DNA of 64,000 bases from a virus. The notes under the pieces are model-generated. The model was not told the DNA's origin and did not search any database. It saw only the letters and a list, made by a program, of their open reading frames with translations. The stretch spans positions 64,001 to 128,000 of IMG/VR virus record IMGVR_UViG_3300037424_001177. The stretch is one strand, 5' to 3'. Both the position numbers and the translations under genes were made by a program. This document shows positions 59,217 to 64,000 of this stretch, one piece after another. Position 1 is the stretch's first letter. Each line of letters begins with the position of its first letter.

Positions 59217-59741
59217 ATGGCGAAGCAAGACTACCTCCGGCTCTGCAACGACCACAATGTCTCTCACGAGGACTTCACGTTGCAGTTCTGTTCTCGTTGT
59301 CAGCAGGCGGAGTGCTCTCGCAGTCAGCATGGAAGATCCAGATTTGATCAGCGCGTCCTCTCCTGGGAGAGTCGTCTCTTTACGGGGGTGTCTCGCATGT
59401 CCCAAGACGACAGCCGGTACTCTGAAATCACGGCCAAGCATTTTGTCGAGGTCGAGCAGCCCAGATCAGAGTGGGTGGATCCTAGGGAAGTCCCTTCCAC
59501 GACGACTATCTCGATTCCTGCGCCCAATGTACATACTGACGTTTCGGAACCTGAACCGGTTGTACAGGTGACCGACCTTGACCCGGTTGCACGGATCCCC
59601 AGTTACAACACACCTGTGCGCCAAGGCCAAATGATCGGCACGCCGATAACAACGCCGAGCGTCAAGGCTGATCCGTGGGAAGCCCCAATCAAGAGCAATG
59701 AGCGGATTGTGAAGCCTGGAGCCAAGATTAGGTTTCAGTGA
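59217..59741 (+). CDS. Hypothetical protein with N-terminal Cys cluster
   Basis: C...FCSRC...CSRS followed by a Pro-rich tail. Confidence 0.7.
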   Translation: MAKQDYLRLCNDHNVSHEDFTLQFCSRCQQAECSRSQHGRSRFDQRVLSWESRLFTGVSRMSQDDSRYSEITAKHFVEVEQPRSEWVDPREVPSTTTISIPAPNVHTDVSEPEPVVQVTDLDPVARIPSYNTPVRQGQMIGTPITTPSVKADPWEAPIKSNERIVKPGAKIRFQ

Positions 59742-59766
59742 TTCGGTGTTTCGTAAAATCGGCCTC

Positions 59767-61416
59767 ATGACCACTAGCTTGTCAGCGGATTTGGACTTCC
59801 ACCGATGTGCGGGAAACCGGTTCCTCTACTACGTGACGGACGAAGAAGATCGTTTCCTGTTAGACCTCGGGAAACTCTTCAAGGATAGGCCTGAGCTAGT
59901 CAATCTCTATTCTCCGGCGATGGGTCTCGTCAACTTGGTGTCAGCGCTCAAAAGTTGGCATGATCCGACGATCAAGGCTGAGCCGACCACAAAGGACGCG
60001 GACAAGGCTCTCAGAAAGATCCGCCCTTTGGTTCAGGAGGAGTGTTGCTGGGTATTCACCGATCCTGAGCGGCTGTTTCGAGATGCCCTAATTGTTCGGC
60101 TGATCCTGGATCTCATTCACGTTTGCAACCACGCACCGAAGGTTGGTGTGACAGTGATCTTTCTTGGGCCAAGGATCACGATCCCGGCCTCTTTGGAAAG
60201 GTACCTTCAAGTCGTTCGTGATCCGGGGATCAGCAAGCGGCGACTGGAAAACCTCGTGGGTCGCATCTGTCGAGAGTACAAGGTCGAACCACCTGCGGAT
60301 CTTTCTTTGTTTCGCGACATGTCGACGTACGAGATCCGTTCCGCCATTGGACAAAGCGCTGCTTCTACGGTACCTGAGTCACGTGTTGATCCGCAATACG
60401 TGACTCAGCTGAAGAGTCGCCGCCTTCTGGCGACTGGACTTGTGACGTTGGTCAAAGACGTTGCGTCTTTGGATGATTTAGGCGGAGCCGATCGGTTCAA
60501 GTCGTGGGCTCAGGATCAGAAAGCAACCTGGTCGCCTGAAGGACAGAAACAAAGACTTGTTCCGCCTCGCGGGTTGATCCTGCTTGGCTTCTGGGGGTGT
60601 GGCAAAAGCCTATCTGCGCGTGCTCTTGCAGGATGTTGGCAACTTCCCCTGTTCGAACTCGATTTCGGACGTCTAAGAGAACGAGGTCTTGGGGACTCTG
60701 AAGGTAACGTTCGCAAGGCAATTGATATTCTGGAAGCGTCTGCGCCTGCTTTGGTTTGGATCGATGAAGCCGAAAGAAACCTGTCAGGTGACCCGTCATC
60801 GACGTACAGTGATGCAGGTACTACCTCGCGTATGCATGCTCGGTTCGCTACCTGGCTACAAGAGACTAAAGCCTCGCTGTGCTTCGTATTCACTGTCAAC
60901 AACATGGCTGCCCTTCCTGTTGCTTTCGTTCGACGCAGTAATGAGCGGTTTTTCTTTGGTCCGCCAACTCCTGCTGAGTGTTTGGAGATCCTGAAGATCC
61001 ATCTTCGCAAACATACATCTTCGAAGCTCACGAACATAGAATGCAGCGAACTGATGCAGGCTGCACACGGCCTTGTCGGTAGTGAAATCGAGCAATCGAT
61101 CAACGACGCCTTGTTGCAGTCCTACCTAAAGCAGTCCTACCTCATTTATGAGGTAGGAGTGGCGTTGACCAACAGACCAAGGCTGCTACGCGCCTTTTCT
61201 CGTGAGGCTGAGGCACTGCACGATTGGATCGGGTACGATCCGATTGCAAGAGACGGCGTTCGAGCCAGATACGCGTCGTCGCTAGAAGGAGACAGTAATG
61301 GATCAATTGTCGAAAGAACCACCGATACGATCCCTTGCGATGACTGTCCGGCCGATTCCTCCGGATTTGTTGGCAGCCCGATTGATACTCAAGGCGCGTC
61401 CGGACCTTCTGTATGA
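59767..61416 (+). CDS. AAA+ ATPase (Ycf46-like)
   Basis: DDLGG, PRGLILLGFWGCGKS (Walker A), WIDEAE (Walker B), GSEIEQ. Confidence 0.88.
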   Translation: MTTSLSADLDFHRCAGNRFLYYVTDEEDRFLLDLGKLFKDRPELVNLYSPAMGLVNLVSALKSWHDPTIKAEPTTKDADKALRKIRPLVQEECCWVFTDPERLFRDALIVRLILDLIHVCNHAPKVGVTVIFLGPRITIPASLERYLQVVRDPGISKRRLENLVGRICREYKVEPPADLSLFRDMSTYEIRSAIGQSAASTVPESRVDPQYVTQLKSRRLLATGLVTLVKDVASLDDLGGADRFKSWAQDQKATWSPEGQKQRLVPPRGLILLGFWGCGKSLSARALAGCWQLPLFELDFGRLRERGLGDSEGNVRKAIDILEASAPALVWIDEAERNLSGDPSSTYSDAGTTSRMHARFATWLQETKASLCFVFTVNNMAALPVAFVRRSNERFFFGPPTPAECLEILKIHLRKHTSSKLTNIECSELMQAAHGLVGSEIEQSINDALLQSYLKQSYLIYEVGVALTNRPRLLRAFSREAEALHDWIGYDPIARDGVRARYASSLEGDSNGSIVERTTDTIPCDDCPADSSGFVGSPIDTQGASGPSV

Positions 61417-62398
61417 AGCCGCGGCCAAATCACTTGAACAGCTCACGACCGAAATACACGAACGTCTGAAGCTGTGTGAGGACATTCACGATCCTCAAAT
61501 CACAGCTCAGTACTTAGCCGAAGAAGTTTTGCAGGCCGGCGATCGGATCATCCTCTCGTCAACCGAGACAGGTTACGCAATCGGGGCACTAGATCCGTCC
61601 TGTCTCGAGGAACAGCCTCGAGTCATGCGTGAGGACGGTAGGCTCGGAATCGGGCTTCCGAGGCTGAAACCAGAGGTAGAGGCAGCCCTCACCCTCTGGT
61701 TCTCTGAGCGGGGGCGGGAGAAGGAGGCGATTGACTTATTTTCCGCCCGTCTTGGAATTTCTGCTCTCGACACCAGCCTACTCGTGCTCTCGAGGTCTGG
61801 TCGACAAGCTATCGCCACAGCCATTGGACAGTTGGACCCGACTACCCTCCTAGACTCCGCCAGAGGCATTTTGAGGGAGTTCTGGTCTAGACTCCAACCG
61901 GTAACGACGGAGCCTGACACAATGCCTTCTGTGAGCGGCCAGACCGTCTCCGGCACGGATATCGGGATCAGCGACTTACGTGGCTTGTCTGTCGTGCACC
62001 AGCACGCGTCCAACACACGGGCCAGCTTAGCTGCTGGTGTGTTGCGGGAGATGGCGCGTTTGATCTCGGGCATATCTGGCAAACCTCACGTAAGTTCGGA
62101 TTCCGGCCCCGGATTCTGGATTGCTCCGCCGGAAGCGGTTGGAGCCTTGCTACAGAAAAATCCGCTGAACCGTGTATTGCCGGTAGTTGGCGCGAAAACT
62201 GTCTCGCTTTCCCCGAGTGCAGGCCGTGTGAAGATCGATTCCTACTCGGTATCTTCCAGAGAGTCCGGCGGTTCTTGGTCGGTTTACGCCAGAGTCCATT
62301 GGCGGGTTTGGTTACACGGGCCTACTTCTGTACGCGCCTATCTATTGGATGTTGACCCGGATACGCAAGTGGTTCACAGCTCGCCGTTTGAGACGTGA
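61298..62398 (+). CDS. Hypothetical protein, possible diverged capsid-fold paralog
   Basis: AAGGAG RBS; weak segmental similarity to the major capsid protein. Confidence 0.5.
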   Translation: MDQLSKEPPIRSLAMTVRPIPPDLLAARLILKARPDLLYEAAAKSLEQLTTEIHERLKLCEDIHDPQITAQYLAEEVLQAGDRIILSSTETGYAIGALDPSCLEEQPRVMREDGRLGIGLPRLKPEVEAALTLWFSERGREKEAIDLFSARLGISALDTSLLVLSRSGRQAIATAIGQLDPTTLLDSARGILREFWSRLQPVTTEPDTMPSVSGQTVSGTDIGISDLRGLSVVHQHASNTRASLAAGVLREMARLISGISGKPHVSSDSGPGFWIAPPEAVGALLQKNPLNRVLPVVGAKTVSLSPSAGRVKIDSYSVSSRESGGSWSVYARVHWRVWLHGPTSVRAYLLDVDPDTQVVHSSPFET

Positions 62399-62405
62399 GA
62401 ACGCA

Positions 62406-62777
62406 GTGACTTACGCGGCTGTCGAGATCAGGTCTTACGAAACACCACACAAGGTGGTGGAGCACATTATGATACACGCCGCTAACGCGGAACAGCGATT
62501 CCTAGGGTTGTACGTTTACGGAATCACTTCGCTGTCGACGACCAATTTCGTGCGTTTCCGTTCCGACGTTTCGCTTGACGTTTTGGAAACTATGCTTCAC
62601 CAAGAGGGTCGCGCGATCATTGTGTGGAAAGATGATCACTACGAGGTCAAGTACCGCGACAGTATTAGGCCCAAGCAAGTCCCAACGTATGTGATGCTAG
62701 CGGCGGAAACACCCATCACGCATCGACGGTACAAAGGCCCAAAAATCAAGACTTGGGAGCAGCAATTTCTTCTGTGA
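62406..62777 (+). CDS. Hypothetical protein
   Basis: Start at GTG 62406, just after the upstream stop. Confidence 0.55.
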   Translation: MTYAAVEIRSYETPHKVVEHIMIHAANAEQRFLGLYVYGITSLSTTNFVRFRSDVSLDVLETMLHQEGRAIIVWKDDHYEVKYRDSIRPKQVPTYVMLAAETPITHRRYKGPKIKTWEQQFLL

Positions 62778-62780
62778 CTC

Positions 62781-63527
62781 TTATGGGATGTCTGCTGTCA
62801 CAACACACGGCTGGTTCCACTTCAGTCCCCGACAGGAGACTTGTCCTTCTGGGCTGACGATGCAGATCCCGCCGTGCCCAAAGTCATTGTTCTGCTCGAG
62901 TCCGTAGCGATTCGAGACGAGAAGCCACACCTTGTTGTTCTTGGCAAACCGGATCCAACTGACCGCAGGAAAGCCTCCCTTGCCAAAGTTGGAACTGAAA
63001 CAAACGATGTCGGCGTCACCCTTTTCGTAGAAGCTATCCACGTCGTCAGATCTGTCTCGGATATCTCGACAGATCAACGTTCCGACTCTTCGCTCACAAA
63101 ATTCGAGAATGGAAGGCGGTTCCGATCCCTCCGTTGCCCAAAGGTAGTCATTGGCCCACATATTGGCCTTCCGGTACACACACCAGAGATTCGGCGTGAT
63201 CAAGACCTGGCTGTTGTAGAGCTTGTGCGTCCCAGGATCTCGTTCTGGGGTGCCGTAAGCGATAGCGACTTCATAGCGGTGGCAGATCTCTTTGAAAATC
63301 GCCATGGAGCTTGAGGTCTCAGGTCCGGACAAGTCCTCCGCAAATCTAGCTGCATGTTCGTAGTCCATGAAGCTGTAGCCTGTTGTGCACAGTTCAGGCA
63401 ACGTGATGAGCCTTGCACCTTCACGGATGGCTTGAGTAACCAACTGGACAGCTGTCGTGAGATTCCGGCTCGATCGTTCGAAGGCCGGCGCAAACTGGAC
63501 GGCCGCAACGCGGAGACTTGCTGTCAC
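62781..63527 (-). CDS. Carbon-nitrogen hydrolase (nitrilase superfamily)
   Basis: VAAVQF, LPELCTTGY (Glu), YNS, YRK (Lys), GTLICRD (Cys), SNRYG.E, G...I.SPEG. Confidence 0.9.
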   Translation of the reverse strand: MTASLRVAAVQFAPAFERSSRNLTTAVQLVTQAIREGARLITLPELCTTGYSFMDYEHAARFAEDLSGPETSSSMAIFKEICHRYEVAIAYGTPERDPGTHKLYNSQVLITPNLWCVYRKANMWANDYLWATEGSEPPSILEFCERRVGTLICRDIRDRSDDVDSFYEKGDADIVCFSSNFGKGGFPAVSWIRFAKNNKVWLLVSNRYGLEQNNDFGHGGICIVSPEGQVSCRGLKWNQPCVVTADIP

Positions 63528-63557
63528 ATTGAGCGTGTGTTATGAGAGGATCCACCC

Positions 63558-63968
63558 ATGTCGCTACCCACGCTCGAAGACTGCAACACGTTACCTACGC
63601 TTGAAGACTCGATCCCAACTGATTGTTGCCTTCCTGAAGAAGACCCAGGTCCTCAGCCGACGAAGTGTGACCTGGACCGCAACAACAACGTCTGGGTCGA
63701 AGGGATAGCCCCCGACGGCACTGGGGGGATTTGCACTCTCGACAATCTGTGTGACGATACGATCGTCTTCATTTTGCAGAGGGACGAGCACGCGAGAGAA
63801 GATCTTTTACGTGTGACAAGCGACGCACATTTGCGAACACTCGCCGCAACGACCCCGCGTCTCCCAACGACGTATCAAGGGGATGAGGAGATGGCCCAGA
63901 TAAACCAAATGCCTGCGAGCATTCCGTTCTATACAGCATTTCGCGGACAACCGCCGTTTGCGCAATGA
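63558..63968 (+). CDS. Hypothetical protein
   Basis: 136 aa, GAGAGG RBS, short LPTLED repeat. Confidence 0.6.
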   Translation: MSLPTLEDCNTLPTLEDSIPTDCCLPEEDPGPQPTKCDLDRNNNVWVEGIAPDGTGGICTLDNLCDDTIVFILQRDEHAREDLLRVTSDAHLRTLAATTPRLPTTYQGDEEMAQINQMPASIPFYTAFRGQPPFAQ

Positions 63969-64000
63969 TCGACAAGAATCGACTACAAGACGTCAGACGC

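Noticed and set aside
1-64000. Conventional CRISPR array, cas/TnpB genes, tRNA/rRNA genes, integrase
   Set aside because: None recognisable by eye; repeats occur only singly or as one degenerate cluster. A covariance-model tRNA scan was not possible.
1-64000. Stop-codon reassignment
   Set aside because: Long conserved genes are intact under the standard code, and TAG, TGA and TAA all terminate tightly packed genes.

Overview
A 64 kb segment of a large tailed dsDNA (jumbo-type) phage genome, dense and mostly on the + strand, standard genetic code. It runs from a head module (decoration protein, HK97-like major capsid protein, terminator) through ~35 kb of virion/tail/baseplate genes (acidic Ser/Thr repeat proteins, LamG lectin domains, paralogous fibre proteins, a methyltransferase-GT2-TPR fusion) to accessory islands (Dam-like methylase, papain-like protease, Cys-rich lipoproteins suggesting a Myxococcota host, decayed HNH-type endonucleases), a possible lysis cluster, and a replication module (SNF2 helicase, degenerate DnaC-like protein, DnaB, stand-alone CHC2 zinc finger, family A DNA polymerase, AAA+ ATPase, nitrilase). 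The most striking non-coding signal is a ~70-90 bp cassette at three intergenic loci (11641, 45019-45260, 59123). On the minus strand each reads as a sigma70-type promoter (-35, 17 bp, TGn, -10) directly followed by one CRISPR-repeat-like hairpin ending ATAA-ATTGAAAC. The DNA after each repeat (the would-be guide) has an exact or diverged copy on the other side of the cassette. No cas, TnpB or reverse transcriptase gene is recognisable in the window, so this may be a cas-less guide-RNA/homing system that borrows host machinery. All functional calls come from motif recognition by eye, with no database searches.
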